Shown: piece after piece, positions 17,323-25,218 of the stretch
Layout: each line of letters starts with the position of its first letter
How positions within the stretch are numbered: position 1 is the first letter of the stretch
Origin: Acidimicrobiales bacterium
Lineage (GTDB): Bacteria; Actinomycetota; Acidimicrobiia; Acidimicrobiales; JBOGIG01
NCBI GenBank assembly: GCA_050742455.1
Contig: JBOGIG010000076.1
Span: 20,204-84,203, forward strand
DNA: 64,000 nt
Direction: 5' to 3'
Made by a program: the position numbers and the translations under genes
The notes under the pieces: generated by a model
The model's input: the letters and a program-made list of their open reading frames with translations, nothing else
The model's database searches: none
What the model was told of the DNA's origin: nothing

Positions 17323-17829
17323 ATGGAGAGTCGGACGGATCTGAAAGGCAAGCCTGCCGACGTCGTCGCTTCGGGCTATGGGTGGCTGCCCACGGCGGCG
17401 TGGCTGGTGTCACTGGCCGGTCTGGCCGTGGCCACGTATCTGACGATCGCCCACTACGACACCCACGTCCACCTGGCCTGCAGCTCCAGCGGTCTCATTA
17501 ATTGCGAGCAGGTGACAACCAGCCCCCAGTCCGTGATCTTCGGCATCCCAGTGGCGGTCCTGGGACTGGCTTACTTCACCGTCATGAGCGTGCTGAACGC
17601 ACCCTTGGTGTGGCGTAGGGCGCCGGCTCGGGCGGGCATGGTCCGGTTGGTCCTGGCCATGGGGGGCATGGGCTTTGTCCTGTACCTGGTCTACGCCGAG
17701 TTGGTTCTCATCAATGCCATTTGTCTGTGGTGCACTACTACCCACGTCCTGGCCTTCGGCCTGTTCATCTTGGTTCTGTTGGGCAGCACCCGGATGCAAT
17801 GGTGGCCCGGGGCCGAAGAGTCCGATTAG
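17323..17829 (+). CDS. Vitamin K epoxide reductase (VKOR) family protein
   Basis: Four predicted TM segments, loop cysteines LACSSSGLINCEQV, and the active-site CLWC in the last TM region. Confidence 0.85.
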   Translation: MESRTDLKGKPADVVASGYGWLPTAAWLVSLAGLAVATYLTIAHYDTHVHLACSSSGLINCEQVTTSPQSVIFGIPVAVLGLAYFTVMSVLNAPLVWRRAPARAGMVRLVLAMGGMGFVLYLVYAELVLINAICLWCTTTHVLAFGLFILVLLGSTRMQWWPGAEESD

Positions 17830-17835
17830 GCCTGG

Positions 17836-17876
17836 CCACCACTGGCCCCAGCCCCACCACTGGCCCCAGCCACCGC
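17836..17876. repeat. 17/18-bp tandem repeat (CCACCACTGGCCCCAGC x about 2.4) in the VKOR/whiB convergent spacer
   Basis: Read directly from the sequence. Confidence 0.8.
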
Positions 17877-17915
17877 TATGCGATCCCCTCAGCCAGACTG
17901 GCCACTGGGTGGCGG

Positions 17916-18179
17916 CTAGACCGCCTGCTTGGCCAGGCGGGCCTTGCGCTCGGTCTCGTTGAGCCCTCCCCAGATACCGTGTGGCTCTCGTATGGCCAGC
18001 GCGTAGTCCAGGCAATCGGCCCGTACCGGGCAGGAAAAACAGATGGCCTTGGCCTTGTTTTCCCTGCTCGCCTTGTATTCCTTGCGTTCAAAATGGGACG
18101 GCGGAAAGAACACGGCGGCCTGGGGCCCACGACACGCGGCCCGGTCCTGCCAAAGTTCCTCGATTCTCTGAATGCTCAC
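17916..18179 (-). CDS. whiB: WhiB-family Fe-S transcriptional regulator
   Basis: The four Cys pattern C..(n)..C..C.....C (AACRG...ICFSCPVRADC) plus GIWGG. GTG start preceded by GGGGGAG. Confidence 0.9.
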   Translation of the reverse strand: MSIQRIEELWQDRAACRGPQAAVFFPPSHFERKEYKASRENKAKAICFSCPVRADCLDYALAIREPHGIWGGLNETERKARLAKQAV

Positions 18180-18234
18180 TGCTCCCCCTTACCCAAGGCA
18201 GGCTAGTTCCGGGCTTCCGACCGCCACAAGGGCC

Positions 18235-18263
18235 TTGAGCAGGTATTTTGTCCAGCATACTAT
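18235..18263 (+). promoter_or_regulatory. Candidate sigma-70-type promoter TTGAGC-N17-TACTAT upstream of the first ArsA-like gene
   Basis: Hexamers at 18235-18240 and 18258-18263 with a 17-nt spacer, in the only visibly AT-richer patch of the whiB/arsA divergent spacer. Sequence pattern only. Confidence 0.3.
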
Positions 18264-18341
18264 GCCATTTTCTAACAGAAGACCCCTTGGCGCCCCCCGG
18301 TCCAGCGCGCCGGGAGGACCAAGCCGTATTATTCGCCGGGC

Positions 18342-19304
18342 ATGAACGTAGCCACCTTCTGCCGGCAAAGCAGAGTAGTGATAGTGGCAGGCAAGGGGGG
18401 CGTGGGGAAGACCACGGTCACCGCCGCCCTGGCCCGCATGGCAGCCCAAGCGGGCCTGGACGTGTTGGTGTGCGAGCTGGAGGGCAAGAGCGGATTGGCC
18501 GGCGCCTTTGGCCTCGATGAGGAACTGGGCTACCGGGAGGTGGAACTCTGGTCCAACGGAGCCTCGGTGCCCGGCACGGTTCGGGGCCAGGCCCTTACAC
18601 CCGACGACGCTCTGATCGAGTACCTCAACGATCACGGTCTCAAGCGAGTGTCCAAGCGCCTGGCGGCGAGCGGAACCCTCGACGTGGTAGCCACAGCGGC
18701 CCCGGGAATCCAAGACATCCTCGTTCTGGCCAAGATCAAGAGCCTGGCCAATAGCGGGCAGGTCGATCTGATCGTGGTCGATGCGCCGGCAGCCGGGCAT
18801 GCCGTGACTTTCCTGACCAGCGCCCACGGGCTGTTGGACTCGGTACGGGTGGGCCCCATCCGCGCTCAGGCCACCGACGTGATCGACATGTTGAGCGATC
18901 CGACCCGATGCCAGGTCCTGCTCGTGACCCTGCCCGAGGAAACGCCGGTCAATGAGGTCACCGACACCGCCTTCCTTCTCGAGGACCGGGTGGGTGTCAG
19001 TCTGGGACCGGTGGTGGTGAACGGCGTATACCCGGTGCTGACCGGCCTGGAAGTCGATCCCATACAGGCCGCAGCAGACCTCAACGAGCGCCTGAGCGCC
19101 CCCATGGCGCAAAGCTTGGCTGCTGCGGCCCGGTTCAGACTCCAACGCCAGGAGCTCCAGGCCACCCAGATACAACGGCTGACTCAGGCCCTGCCCCTGC
19201 CCCAATTGGCCATCCCCTACTTGTTCCACCCCCACATGGGACCGCCTGAGATTGCCACCCTGTCCTCCGCCCTCGCCGACTGTGTGGAGGGGCTGGCCGG
19301 ATGA
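18342..19304 (+). CDS. ArsA/Get3-like P-loop ATPase (first of a pair)
   Basis: VIVAGKGGVGKTTVTAALA deviant Walker A and VVDAPAAGH. It is paired with a paralog next to whiB, as I recall for actinobacterial Rv3680/Rv3679-type loci. Confidence 0.85.
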   Translation: MNVATFCRQSRVVIVAGKGGVGKTTVTAALARMAAQAGLDVLVCELEGKSGLAGAFGLDEELGYREVELWSNGASVPGTVRGQALTPDDALIEYLNDHGLKRVSKRLAASGTLDVVATAAPGIQDILVLAKIKSLANSGQVDLIVVDAPAAGHAVTFLTSAHGLLDSVRVGPIRAQATDVIDMLSDPTRCQVLLVTLPEETPVNEVTDTAFLLEDRVGVSLGPVVVNGVYPVLTGLEVDPIQAAADLNERLSAPMAQSLAAAARFRLQRQELQATQIQRLTQALPLPQLAIPYLFHPHMGPPEIATLSSALADCVEGLAG

Positions 19305-19391
19305 TCCCGGCCGACCGTGTGGAGGGGCTGGCCGGATGATCCCGGCCGACCGTGTGGAGGGGCTGGCCGGATGATCCCGGCCGACCGTGTA
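19282..19391. repeat. Perfect 35-bp tandem triplication (GTGTGGAGGGGCTGGCCGGATGATCCCGGCCGACC x3 plus partial) spanning the stop of the first ArsA-like gene
   Basis: Units 19282-19316, 19317-19351 and 19352-19386 are identical. Each contains an ATGA. Confidence 0.95.
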
Positions 19392-19405
19392 GCGGAGCCC
19401 CGCCG

Positions 19406-20503
19406 GTGAACTTGGCTGAGCTGGTCCGAGACCGCGCCATCATCGTGTGCTGCGGCTCCGGAGGGGTGGGAAAGACGACCGTCGCCGCCGCCTTGGCCGT
19501 GGGGGCGGCGGAGCGGGGTAGGCGGGTGTGCGTAGTAACCATCGACCCAGCCAAGCGCTTGGCCGACGCCCTGGGACTGGGATCACTGACCAATGAGCCG
19601 GGCCGGGTGGCAGGTGATTGGTCCGGCGAATTGTGGGCGCTGATGCTGGACACCAAGGGAACCTTTGACTCCCTGGTCACCCGCTACGCAGCCAACCCGG
19701 CCCAGGCGGAATCGATCATCAACAACCGCCTGTACCGCAATATCTCGGGCGCCCTGTCGGGTACGTCTGAATACATGGCGATCGAGAAGCTGTACCAGCT
19801 TCACGACGAGGGCGGCTTCGACCTGATCGTCGTCGACACGCCCCCGACCCGCAACGCCCTGGATTTTCTCAATGCTCCCAAACGCCTGACCCGGTTCCTG
19901 GACAATCGAGTCTTTCGTCTTCTCATCACCCCTACCCGCGCCTACATGAAGGCGGTCAGTGTGGCCACCCAGGCCCTCCTACGCACGATGTCCAAGGTGG
20001 TTGGAACCGAAGTGGTGCGCGACACCATTGCCTTCTTCCAGGCCTTTGAGGGTATGGAACAGGGTTTTCGGGACCGGGCTTCGCTCATGCTCGAGTTGCT
20101 CGGTCAAACCGACACGGCGTTTGTCCTGGTGACGTCGCCCCGCCCCGACGCCATCGAGGAGGCAATGTACTTCGCCGACAAGCTGGCTCAATCGGAAATG
20201 TCGTTTCAAGCCTTGGTCGTCAATCGACTCCACCCCCGATTCGGGAGCGAAGACGTGCCCCTCCCACCTGGGCCGGAGGGGCCCGCCACCTCGCCTGACA
20301 ATCCTGTTCTGGCAACGCTGCGCACCAACCTGGCCGAGCTGCGCGGCGTGGCAGTGCGCGAAGAGGCTCAGTTTGCCGAGGTGGCCGACAAGGTGTCGCC
20401 CGCCCCCGTGGCAAGGGTTCCCTTCTTGTCCTCGGACGTCCACGACGTCGCCGGGCTGGAGGAAGTGGCCACCCACCTATTCGCCACCGGACTCGTCGAA
20501 TAG
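19406..20503 (+). CDS. ArsA/Get3-like P-loop ATPase (second of the pair)
   Basis: GTG 19406 gives VNLAELVRDRAIIVCCGSGGVGKTTVAAALA; also VVDTPPTRNALDFL. The ORF-track start at 19352 lies inside repeat copy 3, so the exact start is uncertain. Confidence 0.8.
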   Translation: MNLAELVRDRAIIVCCGSGGVGKTTVAAALAVGAAERGRRVCVVTIDPAKRLADALGLGSLTNEPGRVAGDWSGELWALMLDTKGTFDSLVTRYAANPAQAESIINNRLYRNISGALSGTSEYMAIEKLYQLHDEGGFDLIVVDTPPTRNALDFLNAPKRLTRFLDNRVFRLLITPTRAYMKAVSVATQALLRTMSKVVGTEVVRDTIAFFQAFEGMEQGFRDRASLMLELLGQTDTAFVLVTSPRPDAIEEAMYFADKLAQSEMSFQALVVNRLHPRFGSEDVPLPPGPEGPATSPDNPVLATLRTNLAELRGVAVREEAQFAEVADKVSPAPVARVPFLSSDVHDVAGLEEVATHLFATGLVE

Positions 20504-20827
20504 CGACGCCGCAGCTTCCTCGATGGTTTCTGCCACGGTCACAATCCGGTCGAATCCGGTGGTCTTGAGCAACCGGGTCAACGTGGGCCGGCTACAGGTG
20601 ACGGCCACGTCTCCGCCCATTTCACGGGCTCTGCGTATACCCCCGATGAGAGCTCCGAGGCCCGCCGAGTCGACGAACGGCACCTCCGACATGTCGATCA
20701 ACAGTCTCGGGCTCGATGCCAGATCGGCCAGGGATTCGCGAAACTGGCTGACGGTGTAGGCATCCAGTTCCCCCACCGGTCGGCAGATGGTGTAACCCTC
20801 GGCCTGTTCGACCTCGACGCTGAGCAA
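20477..20827 (-). CDS. STAS-domain anti-sigma-factor antagonist (SpoIIAA-like)
   Basis: TTG 20827 is preceded by AAGAGGAGG. The product (LLSVEVEQAEGYTICRPVGELDAYT...MSEVPFVDSAGLGALIG) shows the STAS pattern with the DSAG phosphorylatable-serine motif. Confidence 0.8.
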   Translation of the reverse strand: MLSVEVEQAEGYTICRPVGELDAYTVSQFRESLADLASSPRLLIDMSEVPFVDSAGLGALIGGIRRAREMGGDVAVTCSRPTLTRLLKTTGFDRIVTVAETIEEAAASLFDESGGE

Positions 20828-20921
20828 GCGGACCTCCTCTTGGTTCGTCTGTTCCCGGACCAGATCTATCCAATCGCCCGGGGTCGTAACCGGAGCGGGA
20901 GACGCACTACCCTCTGGGGCC

Positions 20922-21365
20922 GTGCCGGAATTTCTGATCGCCAGCGACGAAGTTACCGTAATCGACGATATCGCCTCCGTCCTCGACGGGCCGGGGAACA
21001 CCGTGCGCCACGTAAAAGCCGGAGGGGCCGTTCTGGGTGAACTACAGGCCCGACGAGCCGACCTGGTGATCCTGGACATGCAAATCGGGAACATGGGAGC
21101 GATGGCGGTGTGCATGGACCTGCGCCTGGAGGAAGGGGCCGGTCGGGTGGAACACACACCGGTGCTGATCATGGCTGATCGCCGAGCCGACGTTTTCCTG
21201 GCCCGCCGTGCCGGCGCCGAGGGGTGGGTGGTCAAGCCCTTCGACTCCCTGCGGGTACGCCGGGCGGTGAAGGCCCTGCTGGATGGGGGCACGTTTCACG
21301 ACGCCTCCTACCGCCCGACGCCGGTGATGTCCGTGCCCGTCCCCGGCGACGGAGACGTCGAGTAG
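20922..21365 (+). CDS. Single-domain response regulator (CheY-like receiver)
   Basis: LIASDE acidic pocket, DLVILDMQIGNMG (phospho-Asp), and VVKPF (conserved Lys). No output domain. Confidence 0.75.
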   Translation: MPEFLIASDEVTVIDDIASVLDGPGNTVRHVKAGGAVLGELQARRADLVILDMQIGNMGAMAVCMDLRLEEGAGRVEHTPVLIMADRRADVFLARRAGAEGWVVKPFDSLRVRRAVKALLDGGTFHDASYRPTPVMSVPVPGDGDVE

Positions 21366-21402
21366 CATTTTGTGCCGACCGGTCCTTGTAGGTCCGGCCA
21401 TC

Positions 21403-21480
21403 CGGGAAGTAGCGCAGCTTGGTTAGCGCGCAGCGTTCGGGACGCTGAGGCCGCGGGTTCAAATCCCGCCTTCCCGACCA
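21403..21480 (+). tRNA. tRNA-Pro (anticodon CGG), CCA encoded
   Basis: Hand-folded cloverleaf. Acceptor CGGGAAG/CTTCCCG, anticodon stem CAGCG/CGCTG with loop TTCGGGA, and T-arm GCGGG-TTCAAAT-CCCGC. Confidence 0.85.
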
Positions 21481-21973
21481 GCAACATGCGGGTCAGGCCC
21501 TGTTTTTGTTATCCACAGGCTGGGGGCCGGCCCGACAGACCACAACACGGACCACATCCGCCTGGGGTCGGCGGCGGTTCCCACGGGCTGCTGAGAGCGC
21601 ACCACAGCACTGATCGATGCCCGGGGCGACAGTCTGTCCTGCCTGTGGGCTGCCTCGACCCCGACGAGGGACGCCGTACCCGTCTGATCTGGCCCCCCGT
21701 ACGCCTCACTGGGCGGCTATAGGCCCCCGTGCAGAACGATCCGTCTCAGGCTCCTCGTAGTGGTCGACGATCCCGCAGGGGCCATATGTTATTTAGGGTC
21801 CCGCCAGCGGGAATCAATTCGGACGGGTCTACTGGAACGCCTTCGCGACGGTGCAGGTCAGGGCCGTCCCGACGGGCCCATGTCCGTCCCGGTAGAGGTT
21901 CGGCCTACGGGAACATGGAGCGGTGGATCGATCACGGCGTCAATGATGGGAAACCGCCCGAAACGCGCTTAGG

Positions 21974-22227
21974 GTGGTGACGGCCAGCCACGGAGGTGCC
22001 ATGCCCAGCGCTCAGCTATATGACACCATTGGTGCCACCTACACTGCGACGCGGCGCACCGAGCCGCGAATCGCAGCACAGGTCTGGGCAGCACTCGGCA
22101 GCGCAAGGACCGTGCTGAATGTCGGGGCTGGCGCTGAATGTCGGGGCTGGCGCCGGTAGCTACGAGCCCCCCGACCGTGACGTCACAGCGGTGGAACCAT
22201 CAACGGTCATGCGCGGCGCCCTCAGGT
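21974..22227 (+). pseudogene. Class I SAM-dependent methyltransferase remnant, frameshifted by a 19-bp tandem duplication and 3'-truncated
   Basis: QLYDTIGATYTATRR...TVLNVGAGA is interrupted. The frame resumes as LNVGAGAGSYEPPDRDVTAVEPS after the duplicated GCTGAATGTCGGGGCTGGC. The rest of the fold is missing at the convergent APH gene. Confidence 0.6.
22114..22151. repeat. Perfect 19-bp tandem duplication across the SAM-binding GxGxG motif
   Basis: GCTGAATGTCGGGGCTGGC at 22114-22132 and 22133-22151. Confidence 0.95.
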
Positions 22228-23121
22228 TCAAGGTGCCAGTTCGATCACCACATCCCGAAGATCGGGCTGGTCGACGGACTCCTGGACGCAGCGGGCGAAG
22301 AGCCACTGCTGTAATCGTTCGGGGTCGAGTTCGAGGAGACTGGCCATGCGTTGGACAAACCCAACGGGGTCTTCCAGTAGACGATCAGGGAAGTTCAACA
22401 TGTGCTGAAGAGGGTCGTACGTCGGGTCGCCCAGGTACGGCTTGGGATCAATGGCGAGCCATGGTTCTCGCCTGGCGGCCAAGACGTTCCCTGAGTGCAG
22501 GTCAGTGCAGAGCAACACGGTCCGCTCGGCCGTTCCTGGCAGACTTCGAAACAGCTCCACGCCCGCCCGGCTGAGCCCCGGGTCCAACTGAACTCCCGCC
22601 TCGACGGCTGCGTACTTCTCTTCGTACTCGTCGGCCCACCAATCGCACATGCTCTGCAGTGTGCGGAACGGGTGGCCCCTTGGCGGCTCGATCCACAGTC
22701 GGCGCAGGAGGCCGGCGACGACGGCATCCTGCTCGTGGGGCGGCCTGTCTTGGGACAGGGCTCTACCCGGCTCGCAGATCTCAAGCAGCAGAGCACTGGC
22801 CGCGCCGATTACCACGGAATCGTAGAGTCGCACCGTGCCTTGGCCGTCCCACGCACGCAACCCGTCGGCCTCATGCAACGCCTCGTCGTGACACCAGCCA
22901 ACCTTGAGTACGACAAGCTCTCCCGTTTCGGTGTGGGCGGGGGCTACCCAGGACGCGACCCCACCAGGCTGAAACGGTCGGCCCAAGTCGAGCCGCCATC
23001 TCTTCGCCAAGTCATCGACAATGAGTGGTAACCGGGCCATCCATGCTTGACGCTGGGAACCAGGGGCTTCTCTGTCCGCTACCGCCCTCAAAAGATTCCT
23101 GGGCAGCTCGAAGGCGGACAC
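22228..23121 (-). CDS. Aminoglycoside phosphotransferase, APH(6)/streptomycin-kinase-like family
   Basis: LKVGW..DEALHEADGLRAWDG and CTDLHSGNVLAARREPWLAIDPKPYLGDPTYD resemble the APH(6) catalytic loop and WL.IDPK motif. Confidence 0.75.
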   Translation of the reverse strand: MSAFELPRNLLRAVADREAPGSQRQAWMARLPLIVDDLAKRWRLDLGRPFQPGGVASWVAPAHTETGELVVLKVGWCHDEALHEADGLRAWDGQGTVRLYDSVVIGAASALLLEICEPGRALSQDRPPHEQDAVVAGLLRRLWIEPPRGHPFRTLQSMCDWWADEYEEKYAAVEAGVQLDPGLSRAGVELFRSLPGTAERTVLLCTDLHSGNVLAARREPWLAIDPKPYLGDPTYDPLQHMLNFPDRLLEDPVGFVQRMASLLELDPERLQQWLFARCVQESVDQPDLRDVVIELAP

Positions 23122-23187
23122 CTCAGCATTCTTCTCGAAGCTGGCCGTGGGCCATGAAAGCGCGTCCTTTATCGCGACGGACTCACG

Positions 23188-24069
23188 CTATACAGGGCGG
23201 CCGAGCCGACCTATTTGGGCAGTCGCCGCCCGGAACAGCGGTAGCTCTTCAACCGCGCTTGGGTCCACGCGTGCATACTCGTTGAGGGCGACCAGCCTGA
23301 AGATGACCGCCCGTAGGAGAAGCTGCGTGGACTCCGAGTCTCTCCGGACGAGGTGCAGCACTTCGTTGGCAGCGTCGAACCACAGAAGGCCGTCCACGGC
23401 GGTGATGGCCTCGGCGTAGGTAGCCGGGCGCCAGTAAGGCGAAAAGTCGATGATTGCCGGGGGCAGCCCCAGGGCGAAGAGTACGTTGCCGCTCAGGTCT
23501 CCGTGCACGAGCTGGTTACGTTGCTCACGGACGGGCCGAAGGAGCCTGGTTAGATCCTCCAGCAGCAGAGCCACCGCCCCTACCGGCTCCACGCTCGCCT
23601 CACCCCAGGCGACCCGGTCGGCCAGCGCCCAGCGATGCGTGCGATGATCCAGGAAGGATGGACGGGACTCGCCCCGCACTGCCTTGTGGAAAGCTCGAGC
23701 AGCGCTGAGCAGCTCGCTCCAGCGGCCGGGAGGACCGCTACGGCCCTCGACCAGGGTCGTCGCCGCCCACCCGTCCACGACCCAGGAGCCGTTCGAAGCC
23801 CGCAGCGGGCGCGCCAGGCGGAAGCCATCCTCCTTCAGACGGGAAAACAGCTCGGCGCTCCAAGCGGCTTCCACCGGATCATCAACCGGCTTCAGCACAG
23901 ACCCTCCGATCTGCACGCTGGTGCCCTCACCTCCCGCAAGGGCTACTGGCGTCCCGGTCAGGCCGAACGCCTCCGTTACAGTGCGCGGGACAAGAGGCGG
24001 AACATTAGTCACGGGTAGATCATGCACGGCAACGGGAGCCTCCGGCAGGTGAGGGGCGCCGCCGGACAA
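23188..24069 (-). CDS. Phosphotransferase-fold (APH/choline-kinase-like) protein
   Basis: VHGDLSGNVLF...PAIIDFSPYWRP is the Brenner/kinase catalytic motif. 293 aa. Confidence 0.65.
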   Translation of the reverse strand: MSGGAPHLPEAPVAVHDLPVTNVPPLVPRTVTEAFGLTGTPVALAGGEGTSVQIGGSVLKPVDDPVEAAWSAELFSRLKEDGFRLARPLRASNGSWVVDGWAATTLVEGRSGPPGRWSELLSAARAFHKAVRGESRPSFLDHRTHRWALADRVAWGEASVEPVGAVALLLEDLTRLLRPVREQRNQLVHGDLSGNVLFALGLPPAIIDFSPYWRPATYAEAITAVDGLLWFDAANEVLHLVRRDSESTQLLLRAVIFRLVALNEYARVDPSAVEELPLFRAATAQIGRLGRPV

Positions 24070-24147
24070 CGCAGGCGATGTACCAGTGAAGGATCGGCTA
24101 CCGGCACTCGTGGTGTCGTGGTGTCGTGGTGTCGTAGCCGTGAAGTC

Positions 24148-24357
24148 GTGACTAGGCAGACGACCGTGCGGTTGCCCGAGGATCTTGCTAACCGGGCCGC
24201 GGCCGTGGCTCGGGTCCGTGGTGTCAGTGTCAACGCGCTGATCGTAAAGTCCCTCGCCGGCGAGATCGACCGGGTGGGGGCGGATAAGGACTTCACAACT
24301 CGCGCCCGCAAGCTGCTCGAACGTGACAAGGAGCTGCTCGACCGGCTCGCCCGGTGA
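24148..24357 (+). CDS. Ribbon-helix-helix antitoxin (Phd/CopG-like), partner of the degraded doc
   Basis: GTG 24148 gives VTRQTTVRLPEDLANRAAAVARVRGVSVNALIVKSL, an RHH beta-strand plus helices. The stop overlaps the doc remnant start. Confidence 0.65.
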   Translation: MTRQTTVRLPEDLANRAAAVARVRGVSVNALIVKSLAGEIDRVGADKDFTTRARKLLERDKELLDRLAR

Positions 24358-24636
24358 CTAGGTAAATCAGCCTGGCGGAGTACCTCTGGCTGGCCGAGCA
24401 GGTCACTGGCGTCGAAGCCGCCGTGCTCGTCAGGGCCGCCCGAACAGAGCTGGCAGACTCGGCGCTGCACGCTCCCGAGACTGCGTTCGGCGGCCACGAG
24501 TTTCTAAGTCGAGCAAGTCGACAAGGCGGCGGTGCTGGTCTGTCGGCTGGCGTGGAACCATCCGTTCCCGGACGGCAACAAGCGGGCCGCGTGGGCGGAG
24601 TGGCTTCGCTCCCTTGTGCGCTTCCCGGGTAGCTGA
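24354..24636 (+). pseudogene. doc: Doc (Fic-fold) toxin remnant with early TAA stop, internal frameshift and C-terminal truncation
   Basis: GTG ACT AGG TAA, then ISLAEYLWLAEQVTGVEAAVLVRAARTELADSALHAPETAFGGHEF in one frame. VDKAAVLVCRLAWNHPFPDGNKRAAW (Fic motif HxFxDGNKR) is in another frame. Confidence 0.6.
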
Positions 24637-24850
24637 TGCCCTCGCCGGGGTGGGTCGTGATCCTCAACGGGGCGCCACGCTCGGGGAAGTCGGCCATCGT
24701 GGAGGCCATCCAGGACAGCTTCGAGGGGACCTGGGTCAACCTTGGGGTGGACGTGCTCGCTGGCAGGGTCATCCCGTAGCGCTACCGGCCGGGGATCGGG
24801 TTGCGCCCCGGCGGCGAGCTCCCCGAGGTCGAGGCGGATCGCCCCATCCA
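24636..24850 (+). pseudogene. Chloramphenicol-phosphotransferase-like P-loop kinase remnant (in-frame TAG at 24777, truncated)
   Basis: MPSPGWVVILNGAPRSGKSAIVEAIQ..WVNLGVD, then TAG, then RYRPGIGLRPGGE. The family similarity ends shortly afterwards. Confidence 0.5.
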
Positions 24851-24911
24851 GATCGGAGACAACCATGCGCCGCTCATCGATCGGCTATCGAGATGTTGCC
24901 GTCTTGACGTC

Positions 24912-25217
24912 ATGACGGTGAAATGCGATCATGGCGGAGTGGAACGCCGGAAGACGACCGTCTATCTAGACCCCGACGTGTTGACCGCCACCAAGGTGCT
25001 GGCTGCGACGCGCCAACAGAGCGAGAGTCAGCTGGTCGAGGACGCGTTGCGCGCCTACTTCGACAGTGGCCAGCTTGAGGCGGCAAGAGCTGACCTGCGG
25101 GCACTGATGGAGCGGGTGGCGGCTCAAACCGATCTTGACGGCGACGAGGCCATGGCCCTCGCCGTGAAGGAGGTTCGAGCCGTGCGCTCTTCTCGCCGCT
25201 CCCGTCATACTGTCTAG
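24912..25217 (+). CDS. Ribbon-helix-helix antitoxin
   Basis: RRKTTVYLDPDVLTATKVLAATRQQSESQLVEDALRAYF. It lies immediately upstream of a PIN gene (TAG then TTG). Confidence 0.65.
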   Translation: MTVKCDHGGVERRKTTVYLDPDVLTATKVLAATRQQSESQLVEDALRAYFDSGQLEAARADLRALMERVAAQTDLDGDEAMALAVKEVRAVRSSRRSRHTV

Positions 25218-25218
25218 G

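Noticed and set aside
17880-17916. GCCACTG (B12-box-like heptamer) near the whiB 3' end, as a possible cobalamin riboswitch
   Set aside because: It sits in an 87-bp convergent spacer that partly overlaps the whiB stop. That is far too short for a cobalamin riboswitch, and no downstream gene would be regulated.
18189-19235. 348-aa minus-strand ORF opposite the first ArsA-like gene
   Set aside because: It is antisense to a gene with a clear P-loop ATPase signature. The product is low-complexity (Gly/Arg/His/Gln-rich) with no recognisable motif. This is typical shadow-ORF behaviour in GC-rich DNA.
14397-19391. Short perfect direct repeats considered as CRISPR arrays
   Set aside because: The units are contiguous with no unique spacers, there are only 3-4 copies, and no cas genes are present. 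These are tandem duplications.
21481-21973. ORF-poor 490 bp after tRNA-Pro examined for an integrase remnant or att repeat (ORFs 21509..21709, 21729..21980, 21760..21972)
   Set aside because: None of the six frames shows tyrosine or serine recombinase motifs. I could not find a copy of the tRNA 3' end downstream by eye. The listed ORFs are Arg/Pro/Gly-rich and unconvincing. A weak GGG..CCC hairpin followed by TGTTTTTGTT (21489-21510) may be a terminator but is too weak to call.
24777-24779. In-frame TAG in the CPT-like gene as possible recoding (e.g. pyrrolysine or read-through)
   Set aside because: Similarity to the family decays soon after the stop. The neighbours are also pseudogenes, and no pyl genes or recoding signals were seen. 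A simple nonsense mutation is the economical explanation.
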